From NCBI GenBank assembly GCA_037447605.1, contig CM074808.1, positions 2,604,001 through 2,668,000 of the forward strand: 64,000 nucleotides of DNA, in the 5' to 3' direction. Positions 1-12,993 of this stretch are shown piece after piece. Every line of letters begins with the position of its first letter. Position 1 is the stretch's first letter. The translations under genes were made by a program, and so were the position numbers. The stretch comes from Zygnema circumcarinatum SAG 698-1b (taxonomy: Eukaryota; Plantae; Zygnematophyceae). The notes under the pieces were generated by a model that saw only the letters and a list, made by a program, of their open reading frames with translations, was not told the origin of the DNA and did not search any database.

Positions 1-497
1 TAATTTCGTTTTCTTTCTATAACGAGCTTAATTCATTAACCAGGCTAGAAACAGGTCACACAAAGAGGCGGAGATTTTCTCAAAAACAGCTATTCATTCA
101 CATGGCCTGCGGCAAATCATGACAGGTTATAAACACGGAACTGCTTTCTTTCCCACTTTAGTCAGCATTAACAGAGATGCATTTCCCAGCTTGGTACTAG
201 GAGCACCAGGAGAAGCCATGCGGACTTCAGCGTGCATCAATTCCAAATCAAATCTCATACACATGGCTGACATGACCTATGAGGTGGGGCTGGAAAAATA
301 ATAAGAAGCTGAAGGATGGAACTGCTGAAGCTTCCCATATCCACAACAATATGACTAAAGAGCATGCACCACCTTGTGCCACTTTGATAAAAAGCCTTCC
401 AGACGTTGATCAGAACTTATCCTATGCTTGTAATAGTGCTGCTGCTGTGAGAGAAAGCAATCAAACATGGCACATGTCGATTGACAAACAAGCGTAC

Positions 498-2264
498 CGT
501 CATCGCCATCGTCCATCTCAGCATATTCTTCATCGTCATCGAAGCCATATGTCTGTCCATAAACGTCGGCCCAGCCATAGCAGGCCCGAAATATTTGTAA
601 GACAAGAATGAAGGGGCGCACTGACCAGTGCAAAGCCACACGACCCTCATCAGCAAATGGCCATTTAGAAGCAGATGATGAATATGGTGTGTAGCATAGC
701 CTGAGCATGTTCCACCTGTGCGTAGTCATCATCGTCAAATTCCTCTTCCTCCTCTATCACTTCCTCGTCCTCCTCCGCTTCACCCTCTCCTTTCTTCTTC
801 TCTTCCCCCTCTTCTCCCTCCTGCACACACGACCGCCCTATCCTCCTCAGCAGTTGGACTCATGTCCTAATTTCCACCAGGTTCCATATTTCATATAAGC
901 AACAAGCAACAACGAGCAATTGCCGATTGGCCTTGTCGGGGAAGGGTAACCAAAGTTGTTCGAGCCTTACCCCTGCTTGTTCCCTCTTCTTTTCCAGATT
1001 CGCCAACATGTCCAGTCTTTGGAGGTCTGCAAGACGCCAACCCAAAGTTCAGTTCAACGAGCAGACAGCACATACAAGTAACCTATAACTAGTTAGCCAT
1101 ACCTTAGACTTTACATCCAGCACAGTATGCACTTTCTGAGCTCATGTTTGCTTCAACATCCAGCCGCAAAGAATTCTCACCATTCCCTCCAGACTTTTGG
1201 ACCATCCATGGAGTGAGACCGCCAGGGTGCACAGCTTTGGGTTTTGCTGTAGAATCTGCAGAAAAGGAGGGAAAAAAATCCGTCAACTAATTCAGCTCAA
1301 GAATACAAACACACTATGGTGGCCTGCATTGTGAGGCTTTGACTAAATATACTTCACACGGCAGACTCATTGGCGACAAGACAAGCATTGAACGTCCGAA
1401 TGGCAGATTCTGACGTTGATTGTGAACAGAAAGGGGACAAGGCAGGAAGGGCGCACCAAGAAGTTCTCCTGGAAAATGGGCAAGACTAAGCTTGAGCACA
1501 GAACTCAAAGGAGCGCGTGCTATGGCTACAGCTTTCTTATAGCGGTCAGAATAACGCACTATGTCAGCCTCCAACCCCGCTGCAAAAGTGCCGGTCATAT
1601 CAGATCAGGCCAGAGTAAACCCTCGTAAGTTTTAATTACTGAGGCCTACGTATCTCAACTTGCTCACCAAGGTTCACGTTCAGCATTTCATATACTTGAT
1701 ACAACCACGCTTTGCAGTCTCCACTCCTAACTACATAGGTTTAAGAACTGAAAGAACCGCGGTCCTAATGTGCAAGCAAATGAAGATGACTGGTAATGAA
1801 GCTTCCTTTTTTTGAGTTTAGCTTTTATTTGAACGCCATCGTCAAATTGCATCAAGCGCACAGAAAGCATCGAAGGTGACAAAAACCAAAAAAACACCTG
1901 CTTTCTTCTTTGGCTTCTCGATGAAGTAGGGGGATCCCAGAAAAGCCTGTTCAAAGTGGCGGCGATATCCCAATAACTGAAGATCGCTGGGGGATACGTC
2001 GGGAAGTTCAGGAAGAGCCTCCAAAGGCTGCTCCATATGCAGAGCCACATCTCAGACTCTAGCAGGCTGATGGCCAGCCGGCCAGGCAGTGCAGTGCAGT
2101 GAAGTGCAGTGTGAGATGGTAGCAGAAGAGCTCACAGGAAGGAGGGGAGGCGGACCCTCAGGCTTCTCGGGCGCCAACACGAGGCCGTCATCGCCACGGG
2201 CTACGGCTCCTCCGCGTCCTCCGAAACCGCCCCTGCCCCTCCCCCCTCTCCCTCTCCAAGCCAT
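498..2264 (-). CDS. RPC7: DNA-directed RNA polymerase III subunit RPC7/RPC31-like (spliced; final exon unresolved)
   Basis: GT-AG exons 2264-2136, 2027-1898, 1579-1457, 1255-1181, 1026-971, 820-716 and 552-498 join in frame. Protein: MAWRGRGGRGRGGFGG..., YFIEKPKKK, IVRYSDRYKK, FPGELLG, DLQRLDMLANLEKK and an acidic E/D-rich tail, typical of RPC31. The last short exon lies somewhere near 250-330. Confidence 0.85.
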
Positions 2265-2619
2265 GGCGCTGCAGGTTCGGAAGCAGAAGCAGAGGAGCAG
2301 AAAAAATGCAGATACACTTGTCACGCCAGCATCTTTAGCAACCCTGCAGCTGGCCTGCGCGGAGAGGAGAGCAGAGCAATGGCGCATTCTTTTGGTTCAA
2401 CGACATGCAGACCGCAGCAGCAGCCATGCTTTGCAGCTGCACTGCTCGTAAAGCCGAACAGGTTGAGAAATTAACAAACGAGTGTACTTAGGTTCTCTCT
2501 TTGTTCTTCCCTCCCTGGCCTTCTTCAGGCTTCCCTCAGTTCCCTCCATGTGCCTTCCTGCCTGAGAGCGCCCCCGAGTTCACAAGTCGGATGACCAATA
2601 TATCGGCTAACGTGATCGT

Positions 2620-2875
2620 TAACAATATATCGTATCGTATTGTATTGTATCGTACCGTGCCATCATAACAATTTGCATCGTATCGTACTATCGTACCTTA
2701 CTGTGCGTATCGCGTGTATCTCACTCGATATCTTATCGTATCGCTGTATCGTATCTTAGGTATCGCATCGTATTGTACCGTCGCGTACTGTGTCGTATCG
2801 GTCTGTATCGTAACGTACTGTGTGAGGTAGAAGTGTACGATATATCGTATCGTATTGACCACGGGTGTTGCGATA
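2620..2875. repeat. Degenerate (TATCG)n pentamer satellite, probably within the BLOS2 5'UTR intron
   Basis: Many ATCGT/TATCG units, followed by acceptor-like tgtttgcag at 2880-2888. Confidence 0.8.
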
Positions 2876-3003
2876 CTGTGTGTTTGCAGGCGCCTAGGCG
2901 AGGTTGAAGGCGCAGTTGGAGACAGGAGGGGCGGGGGAAGCTGAGGGGCTCCGATGCAAAAGGTGGGGGCCAGGACGGGGGGATGTCAGTCTGTTCTATA
3001 AAG

Positions 3004-4305
3004 ATGAGTAGGTTTGTGACTTTTTTGGTTTCTTTGCTTGAAGAGCGCTTTAAGAGATCTTTATAGATCTTGCAAGGGTGGTTTATCTATTTGCTGATGT
3101 GTTACTAGTGCTCATGTTCTTCAGGAACATGAGTCTACTGAGGCCTTGGGAGACAACCGAGTAAGGTATAATTCTGATCAAATCCAGCACTCTATGGATC
3201 AATAGTTTACGCAATTGCTTTTGGGAATCGACACAAGAGCAACAAAAGCAATTTTCCTGATTCAGATTCGTATTTGTTTGCTTAAAATACACAATAATGC
3301 AGAATTTGAATCCTTCTTCAATCGCCGACCGAGCCTGTTTCTGAAATTATGTGAATTACGTAACCTCTAACAACGTCGAAACACGCAATATAGTGGCAGC
3401 ACATTGTCTCGGCGCTTTACCAAAATCTCAGGGAACTCTCAGGGCACTGCAACGGGAGCATGTGAGGGAATTCTACAAAAAATTGCATTACAATTAAAAA
3501 ATATTCATAAACCAACACGAGAAGAACTATTTTATGAAGTCAACGATAGTAACGCTGATATAAAGAATACTTACAAGATTAATTATAGCATCGCTTTTTT
3601 CCACAACGTCAACTTTTATGATACGATTTGGGCAAAATGGAATAACTATAGGCAGTAATATTAGCAGTTTGGCTTGCTGCTGCCTATTGTTCATGTCTCC
3701 TAAAACGTTTGATTTGTGAGGTGTGGCTGGCAGTGAGGATGAAGGACAAGGCTCCGCTGCAAGCACGGCCCATCCCCAACATGCCTCAATATCGTTCGAC
3801 GATCCTCTTGCTGTCGCCCTTCGCAAACTGTTTGTGGGAATCGCCACGAATGTGCAAGGGGAGCTTCAGGTGAGCATTCCAAAAATCACGAATTTAAGGG
3901 ACTCAAATTGCATTGCATGTGCCCATAGCTAAGGATTGTGAATTCACGATAAAAAGTAACGGAGTGCATATTGTGGAAGTAAACAGTGCTTTCCACGCTT
4001 CATTCTTGTGGCATTGATGCTTGTTTGTCCACTGCTGGATTTGTCAGGCCAGTTTTGGAGAATATGAGCTTTTGGAAAAGATGAACCTGCGTGCCGCTGC
4101 GGAATTCAAGAACTATGGTGACTTTGCATCAGGCATGTCTGTATTTTTGGAGAGGATGGAGACGAAGAGCGATCGATTGAAGGGCATGTTAAACCGTGTT
4201 AATGAGGTAGAAAAGGAGGTTAGCCAGCTGGAAGAAGTGGTGGCTGCCCTCGATAGCTCCACAAGGAGCTTGGACCTTCGCCTTAGATCAAGAACTTCTT
4301 CTTGA
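3004..4305 (+). CDS. BLOS2: Biogenesis of lysosome-related organelles complex 1 subunit 2
   Basis: join(3004-3011, 3734-3869, 4048-4305), all GT-AG and in frame. MSSEDEG...LAVALRKLFVGIATNVQGELQ|ASFGEYELLEKMNLRAAAEFKNYGDFASGM matches the plant BLOS2 motif ELQG..LLEKMNLR.A.EY..GD.A.G. Confidence 0.92.
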
Positions 4306-4929
4306 CGTGAGTGGCATAAGTGATGCTCTCACTTAGACGAGGAATGCAGACTTGTGAGTAGTGGACTTTTGCCAGTTGCCTTTTCAAACGCTTTTTGAGT
4401 AGCTCAATTTTCTGGCAACTGTTGAGACAGTTGCTTCTGGCTGTACATATTTAGATCGTGTAAAATCATATTTGGTTAAATCAGCGAGCAGATTAAGTGG
4501 TAGAGGAAGAATCTCTAATTTTCACTTGATCAGAGTCTCGATAGAAATGCGAGGAGTCCTAGTTCATTGTGTTCGTGTAACTGTTGATTGTCCTCAATTC
4601 ATGCAACATCTCCCTAAAAGCTTCCTTTTCTGTGTCAGTGAACTCGTCCCCATGACGTTTAACCTTTTCACTTTTTTAATGTTGGGAAACCGTCATTGGA
4701 TTGGAGCAGTATCTTCCACCTTCTTCCCCCCCACCGTCCCCACCTGCCCTCTCCTGAGATTGGTTTTGGGAAGGTGCTTGAAAGCTCGGTTCGAGGGAAC
4801 ATCATCGCCCCCTTTTCAGGACACGCCGAAGCGGTCACATCGACAAGAGAGAATTTTTTTTTCCACATCCAAAAACAGCCTGAATGGAGGCCGCGGTCGA
4901 CTGCCACAGAGCTGCCGGCGACATGTTTA

Positions 4930-5355
4930 GGCTGACACGTGGCGTGTGCCCATATGCCACCTCGGCGCCCTAATTCTTCGCCACTGTGCCATTCAAAGAC
5001 TGCCACGTGGCAGACGACAGCCCCTTCAGGCGTGCGAGTTGGCAGAGCTATGCGCCACGTGGCAGAACCCTTTTGTTCAGGCCTGTCAGCTGGCGCAGCA
5101 ACGCGCCACGTGGCAGCAGTCACGGCCTTGTTCGTGTCTGTCAACTGGCACAGCAATGGGCCACGTGGCAATGTCTCCTTGTTCATGTCTGCCAATTGGC
5201 ACGTCAGCGCGCTACGTGGCAGTATTCCCTCTTTCAGGTCTGCCAGCTGGCAAAGCAACGAGCCACGTGGCATGAGCCCCCCTTTCAGGTCTGTCAGCTG
5301 GCACTGTGATGACCCATGTGGCAGCTGGAGGATCACGAGGGCTGACACGTGTCAG
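4930..5355. repeat. About 7 x 51-bp tandem array of alternating GCCACGTGGC and TG(C/T)CAGCTGGCA palindromes
   Basis: GCCACGTGGC-type starts at 5002, 5054, 5105, 5160, 5211, 5262 and 5313. GCTGACACGTG occurs at both ends (4931, 5341). Confidence 0.9.
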
Positions 5356-5509
5356 AATTGGGGAGCGAGCGAGAGGGAGAGAGGGGGAAAGTGAGAGGGA
5401 GAGAGTAAGGGAGCGCACTAGCACTTGTCCACATTGCCGTCGATGACTTCAGGGCCGCGCGCTGTTGAGCCTGGGCGCACATTCCAGCTTGTATCGTTTT
5501 CCATTTGTC

Positions 5510-6075
5510 TTTAGGTCCTTCTTGAGCGGTTGGTTCTTCGTGGTTCCCCATGGCGACTTTGTCCATGTACCTTTTATGGCATCGTTTTCGTGAGATCAAT
5601 GCCATTCACCTCTCTCTATATATATCGCCGACCTTCCTCTCGCGCTCTCCCTCGCGTCTGACAGAGAGATATTGCAGTGGCTGCTATATCACATCGCCAA
5701 GGATACTGCACCGATCAAAGTCATTCCAGCATACTTATGCTCTGTTATGTGATGCCTCCTTGGCAATGAGCAAACAGACAGCTATGGATTCTGGTTGAAA
5801 CCATCCAACGTGGTCATCGAATCTGAAAGGGAAAGCAAGATCAATGCAAGCCAAGTTGTTGAAATGTGTATCCCTAAACCAGTTATCCCGCGCGGTCTTT
5901 TGGAAGGCTTGGGAAAAATTCGTGTGCTAGATAAACAAACTTCATCGGGTTCATATTTCACAACCCCTTGCTTTTTTCTTTCGTCCTTAAGTCCGTTGCG
6001 ACCAATTCTTCGTGGTTCCCCACGATGATTTTGTCCATGTACATTTAATGGCATCGCCATCGTGAGATCAATGCC
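5510..6075. repeat. Two direct copies of a ~90-105 bp dispersed repeat (third copy inverted at 59715-59822)
   Basis: Shared core cttcgtggttcccca...tttgtccatgtac...atggcatcg...cgtgagatcaatgcca at ~5525-5605 and ~5995-6075. Confidence 0.85.
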
Positions 6076-6379
6076 ACATATTTTCCTTGAAATTGGAAAG
6101 CGCCACTTTTATTTGTTGGAGTCTGTCTCAAGGAAGTCCATGGGTTGACTAGCGAAAAACATATATACGTATATTATGGCGCAAAATATGATGTTAAGTC
6201 ATGGCCACGAACATCATAGAAGGATTTTCTCCAAGCAACAAAGGGGCACAACATATCACAAAGAGGCTGCTTCTTTATTTCTTATTTCATTGCTTTCTGC
6301 CCAAGCTCCTACTCCCATCCGCAGAATCTACAACTCAGAGAAAGGATTGTGTCGGGATTGGTTGAAGCCCATAGCCATC

Positions 6380-9300
6380 TTACAATTCTGCAGTTTTTGA
6401 CTGCAACGGCTCAGTCGCCCTAATCAGCCACGCCCTCTCAGAATCGACAAGAAAGGGTAAGAGCTTCTCCCTGCACAGGGCGTGGTACTTGTCCACCCAC
6501 GTCTTCTCCACATCCGACAGGAGTGAAAGGTCCATTAGCTTCTCTTGAATTGGGACCTGAATGGAAACACAAAAACATCACAGTTCTCTAAATAAATCAG
6601 CGATGCGAATCTAAGGATCCTCAAAAGGGGAGCATCGAAGTGTGTGAACTAAAGACTACGTTGGCTGCCTTAGCTATTGCAATTCGATGGTTTTGGCTTT
6701 GCTTCAAAGGGCTGGAACAATATGGTAGGTGCAACTGCTGGCCCAAAGGAAGGTGAAGATCCCTTACGAGAGTGATCGGCTCAAAGCCAAGGTATCCTTT
6801 GTTGCCGAAGTTGTGAGAGCATGAAACGTCCTTCACCACCATCACATTCTCCACTCGAATGCCGAACGCACCGTCCTCATAGTATCCAGGCTCTGCATCA
6901 GGTTAACATAGGAGAATGAGGGCAACTGCAAAGATGGGAAGGAGAGCATAGTGATGACATCCAAGAGCATGGCATCAAAGAATTGCGAGATACATAGATG
7001 GATGCAGACACGAAAGAGCAACTGAACCGAGCAGAAATTCCCGATAACACCACAGGGAATTTGACATTATATCTAGCATTTTTGAAGTGGGAGAACGAAA
7101 GGATTTTCAAACTAGTTTGGATGGGCCTACTTCAGGACATTCCACGCTGTAAGTCCTTGTTTGAGGCCAAGGCCCCTATATTTTTCTTTGAACGGAAAGC
7201 TCGTTCCTTACTAGTCATTCCTTCTAAGACCCTCTGCTAATACTATCGCAAAAGAATCGACTAGAACAAGTTCTGGGCTGTGTGCCTGAGGGGCATAAAA
7301 ACTAACAGCCTAAACAACAACTCCCATGGACGTAGGATTCAGGCCACCTCCACAGCCGAGCAGCGGCATACTCACCGTTTGTAACTGTCATGTTTGCCTG
7401 TAGCGCTACATTCCTTGCCTGTGGCCGAAAGCTGATCAAATGTGGTCCTGTGAGAGCATTGACCACAAAGCTTAAGAATTGAAATAAATCAACAACGTCG
7501 CAGGCCTTCTCTCACAGCACCGGGCATCCAGGTATGGACCATTTACTAATGTCCCTCTAATAGAAAACGTGCTAAATGGTCTGTTCCAAAGAGATTTCTG
7601 GCTCACCCTCATGCACATTCAGATATGAGCCGACACCATGGCCTGTGCCATGGCGGTAGTCAAGTCCATCTCTCCATAGCGGTATTCGTGCCAATATATC
7701 CAGTACATGACCTGCTAGGCACATATGCACACATGACATTTCATGAGAAGCAAAGACTCGCCCCAAAGAACAGTGAAGTGGTGGAAGAAAACTGCGAAGG
7801 AGTTTAAACAACGCACGCTTCATGCGCAGAGTCAGTCCCGGCACATGAATATTCTGCTTGAGTTTCAAACAGGCAAATAGCCCGAACGGTCAAGTGCTTT
7901 CGAATGCAAGTTTGAAGTGGACGCTGAAAACAGTACACACCGTTCGTGCCATTAGGGAAAATGGCTGTGTCAAGCGTGATATGACCCTGCAGCACCTGTG
8001 GCCCAAAAAAAAAAAAAAAAAAAAAGGGGCTCCACGAGGGACCATCAAGCACTTGAAAGTTCTCGTTAGTGTATGGATGTGAACATGGGTTAGAAAAATA
8101 AACTAAAGCCATCTTGCTCTCCATGGCAGTATTAAACCCAGAGTCATCATTGCAGTTGAGAGAAGCGCAAGACGTGCTGTTCAGAAGTGATGATAAAACG
8201 TGACTCAGTGAGGTAGTGAGAGAACTCATACCCTGGTGAAACAAGCACGCTCGTGCTTACTGGGCTCTCCAAAATGCACCGTCCGAGTAACATCGGTTGT
8301 TCCATTCAAATACTGCAGCCCAACTCACCAACTGCTTGAGCTATTTGTATACATGGAATTAAAAAACAAAGGACAAGTAGGCAATCGCGGAATGACTCCA
8401 CAGTTGGACAAAACGAGACTGTAAATAGTGTCATTACAGCCTTGAACGTCTGGTAGTTATGCCTGCTTCGTTCATAGCAGCGATCACAACATCAAACCAT
8501 ATAGGATCGGACTCATTCCATGTAAGGAAGTGAGCCTCATCTAATTGGGTCAGCCCCAAAAGGAGATGCATGCACCTGTGCTCCCGAGTCGCAGAGATAA
8601 ATGAGGTCAGGATTCATGGGGGCACATGAGTCGACTTTAGGGCAATAGTGGATAATGGCCGCATTGGGGCCGACACCGGAAATGGTGGGAAAGCTGAGTC
8701 CAACATAATGCTGCAGAATCAGAAACAAATGGCGAGGATGGGTTGATGGGACTTTCAACCAGCATCAAACAATTTCAGCCCAGCCTTCACTTCTAGACAC
8801 TACCTAAGTTGCCAGACGCTTACCAGACGCCATAACATACTGCTGAAGAAGTGTGAAACTAAAGGATAAGACAAGTAGGGCTCTGAATGCACCTCCTGTT
8901 GTGCTCGTAGCTGCTCCAACTTGTAGGCTACTGAGACTTCCGTTAACTTCTCTTGGCCTTCGCTGCACCTCCATTAAATCCGAACACGAAGTCTGAGGCC
9001 CTCGTGCCCTAGCGCAGTCCGCAAGACAAAGCCTCAGCTCACAGGTATGCTTTGGAGAAACTGTACACCTTAAATTGAGTAAAACAAAGTTTGGATGCAG
9101 CATCGAATCAGCAGACGATGCGTCTGCCCCGAACCCTGGAATGCAAATGCAGCTTCTGATGGGACCATATTAACGACAACAGCACACTCAATTTTTACTA
9201 AGAGGATACCCTTGAATTTTTGGTGTCAACTGTATCCTCCTGAATATTTCCTAACCTTTTATTTGATTGCAGCTTTAAGTTTTTCCTCTTATTAAAAGAT

Positions 9301-12300
9301 GGATAATGAGATTCCCTGAAAGCTGAACACAGACGAGAGCTCTCGCCCAACCAATCACCACCCCAACTGTAAACGACCCAACACCTGCAGTATGCAATTA
9401 TTTCAGGTGTATACTACTCACCTATGCTTCCGCTTTAAGGTTTTTAAAGACTCTGAAAAATATCCTTTAGCTCCAAGCTGCACTTGCATCTGCATCCCAA
9501 AAATAGCGACGAGCAACTTTACCAATGAATCTGCCACATGATGTTTACAGCTTTCTATAAAAACAGGAATAAGGTCATACAAAGAGCAATCATTTGAAAC
9601 AGAGCAACAAAGGAACAGAGAAACGTAAGACTGAAAACAAGATTAACAGGAGGGTTAACAGGAGTAGCCAGTTTGACAGGGTCTAGCCACAAAACCCATC
9701 CTCTCTTTAAATCCGACTCACCTGCTCGTCTAGCCACGCTAAAAATGTCACTACAGCCACACCATCTCTGATGTGCGAATTTCGGAGACCTTCAAGCTCC
9801 ACAGGGTTCTGAGAAATAACCACAGATAACGATTATGATATTTCCAAGGAAAGCGAGGTTAACAGAATGACACGACGAGATTTCACCTCATGCAATTGAA
9901 TGGCCCAGGGATAGAAGCTTGCAGATGCGGATCTACTTTTCACAATGTTTGTGCATAGAACTGGCTGCAATCTTACAGTAAATGTATAGACTTAAGTGAT
10001 AGATTCATGAACTTCCCAGAAAACCTTGAGCCCTTCAACTAGACAAATGTCCGACATTAGCAGCGTCACACTGGCTTACTGCGTGAGATAAGCGAGCATT
10101 GGCCTGTGTAGTAAATTCCTAACGCAACATAAAACTGAAGGGTTCAAGGCTCAAGAAAGCGGACTGGACTCTACCCCAAGGCTGAAACACTCTACACTTG
10201 AGGCCATACAACCAGGCTAGATAGCATAGTAGTAAATTGACTCCAAAAACTCACTTTGAGAGCCTTAGCAAGGGCCAGTGGCGAAGACAGTAAAAGAATG
10301 TTGTCAGAAGGGAGATGTAGACTGAGACGCCGGAAGATGGCTAACGAGCAAGAAGCAGGGTCCAACCATACGCGGTTTTTGCTATTTCCATGTTCTTTGT
10401 TTCTTTTGACATCGTGAAGGTCCCCAGCATCACCGGTAGACTCCCTCTTTGTCTCCGAAGCTTCCATACTTGGAGGGGTGAGGTTGCCCGTCAAACTCCC
10501 TGCTCCCAGGGCTTCAACATCCTCCAAAATCTGATCGTAACCGCGTAAATCGATAAGATTTTTTTTCAAATATGCCGACACCTGCAAGAGGTACAGACCT
10601 ACCATGATTTGATTATGTTTGCACGCTCTAATGTGAGAGGCCCATGTGGCAAGGTCAACAGACTCAACTCATGTCCAGCCACGGAGTGTATTGACGCACA
10701 CAGCCCGTCACTAACAGGCGGACAACAGAAAACAGATTTGGAGGCATCTCTAGAAACTCTGTAATGGAATCAGAGGGTAAAAAAGTGAACAGCAAATGAA
10801 TGCACACTAAGAATAAAGAATAAGGTTTGTAAATAGCTGTATCAATGCACCCAGCTCGTCATCAGCAGCATGAGGAGAAGATAAAGCAAATGTCAAGACA
10901 TCACTTAAAACGCTAGAATAGTGAGAAAAGCTTATAAAATATGTCAAAACCGTACACGGTGATGAGAAAGGGCAAGCAAGTAAGGGGAACAATCACTTGC
11001 AGCAGAAAATGGTCAACCAGAATAACATCCAGGTGCAAACAGCAGTGCACGTTACTTTTGTCATTGTGACTGAGACATACTGTTGGGCTTTACCTCCTCT
11101 GTGATTTTGCGAGTGTCAACGTAAAGGAATGCACCGTCCAGTGTAATGATGGCAAAGCCTTGTACCACCGGATTGTATGGAACGTCGTGTCCGCGAATGT
11201 TATACACCCAGGCAACCTCGTCCAAAGTAGCAACAATTATTGCAAAAGCGTTGGACTCCACAAGCTTCGACCTCACATCCTTCAATTTCTCTTCAGCAGA
11301 TCGACCTGCAAATATCTCCGGATGCACTGAGACTTTTTCAAGTGGCCGGGCTGGACGATCATGCCATACCATATCGACCAGATTTGTTTCAACCAGTACA
11401 GTGACGAGCCCAGACTGCTGAAAAGCTACGTCGAAACGCTTTGCTGCATCTATAGAAATGCAGGTTGGGTCAAGTCCAACTCGCGATGCGTCCGGCAAAT
11501 TCTGTTTCCCGGGCCAAATTTGCCACAATATCCAGATCAGCAAACTTAAACTGGGCTCGAAGGATACTTAATGGAACCTCACCCAGAAAGCTAGTCCTCA
11601 AACTTGAAGTAGCGAGACAACACAGATGAAAAGCTTGTGAAACTGCTTGGTCCCGTGTACATGCTCAGTTACTTCCGGTCCAAACAAATAAAAGCGACAC
11701 AGACCTGCTACATCCTTAAACTCCACATGCTTCCTCTTTAGATGATTAGGATGAAAGTATCATGTCACCATCCGGGTGAGGTCTCCATTCCTTAGCACGT
11801 CAAACAGTCGAATGACTGCAACACAAATGGCCAGAAATCACCAGCGACGTAGGAAAAAAACCCACTCAATTTTCCTATGAAGTAATTGAAGGACCTGGCC
11901 GAACCTGCTACAGCCAAAAATAACACCGTCTACAAAATTCACATGGTACGTGAAGGGGCTAAACAATTTACAAGAGTAGGTGTAGTACTAGTACTTATTA
12001 AGAAGAACTCTTGCTTCGTCCAGCCACGAGTGCGGGAAATGCAATAGTACCTGGGCGAGCCAATCTTCTACAACGACGTCTTCGCCCGTCCGCATGAGCT
12101 TCCAGTCAGAGCTTAACTGCTTTGAAGCTTGCAAAAAGTATCGGCCATCTGTCCAAAGAAGGGCCACAGAGGGAGTGACGAGTGCCAGACCTGCATGTGA
12201 CAGTGCTTGAATTCTTAATACATGCGTGAGGTGACGACAATAATACTTCGAGGAATAAATAGGACGTTACTTTCAAATGAACGAGAAATTATTACTCAAC

Positions 12301-12993
12301 AATTTCCTTTGCGAAGACATGATCAAGCCTAACATTCTCCTCCTTCAAAATATGGCGAAAAACAAAAAATCACATAGGGCGTCTCTAGAACGAGCGATCC
12401 AGAAAACTTGAATGGACCAGAAATCGCTCAGCCATGGCTCCCAACTCTGAAAGAATGAACTTGCACTGATGAAAAGCTCCCTTGCTTCTCAGTAAACCTC
12501 AAAATATTTCAAATTTTCGGAACGGCATTAAACAACATTAGCTGCTGACCTGCAGAGCCGCTAAAACCAGAAATACATTCTCGCCGAAGGTCACAATCGG
12601 CCACATACTCGCTCTGTTCGGCGAAATTAGGCGACCAACCCCCCGTTATTGACTCTCGTTATTATTTGCAACAGCGTTATTACAAGCATGGTTCGCTTCA
12701 ATGGTCAAAATGCATAATTGTGTGGAAGTTGAGTCCCCCAAACAGAAAATGCATGTCGTGCAGTAATGTCAAGAGTAGACAGCCCATTAATTTCTGTAAA
12801 GCTTTTGAATTAAAATATCATTGCTTCCTATCAAGATCGTCTAGTTAAAACTAAATGCACGCCATGCCTGATGGGCATCTTCTGAAGGCACGACGTAAGC
12901 ATCGAGCGGCCCTCCCGGACACTGAGCCATGGCTTTTCGAAGGGCGGCGAGACGCCCACTCCTTTCAGGAGCCTCCATGGCCTGAGCCTCCAT
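6380..12993 (-). CDS. APP1: Xaa-Pro aminopeptidase (aminopeptidase P1, M24B family), 15 exons, ~679 aa
   Basis: Exons 12993-12868, 12613-12550, 12190-12051, 11501-11094, 10581-10255, 9808-9722, 9489-9422, 8962-8893, 8710-8576, 8312-8232, 7995-7941, 7711-7607, 7447-7376, 6892-6768 and 6556-6380 total 2040 nt. Motifs: [78 protein letters not shown]. Intron 1 needs a GC donor. Confidence 0.95.

Noticed and set aside
4668-5348. 226-aa ORF with 17-aa repeats (CQLADL...), plus overlapping ORFs
   Set aside because: Several frames on both strands are open because of the stop-poor 51-bp palindromic repeat. There is no splice or homology support.
4930-5355. CRISPR-like repeat/spacer appearance
   Set aside because: Repeats are 10-12 bp, linkers are short and similar to each other, the context is eukaryotic, and there are no cas genes.
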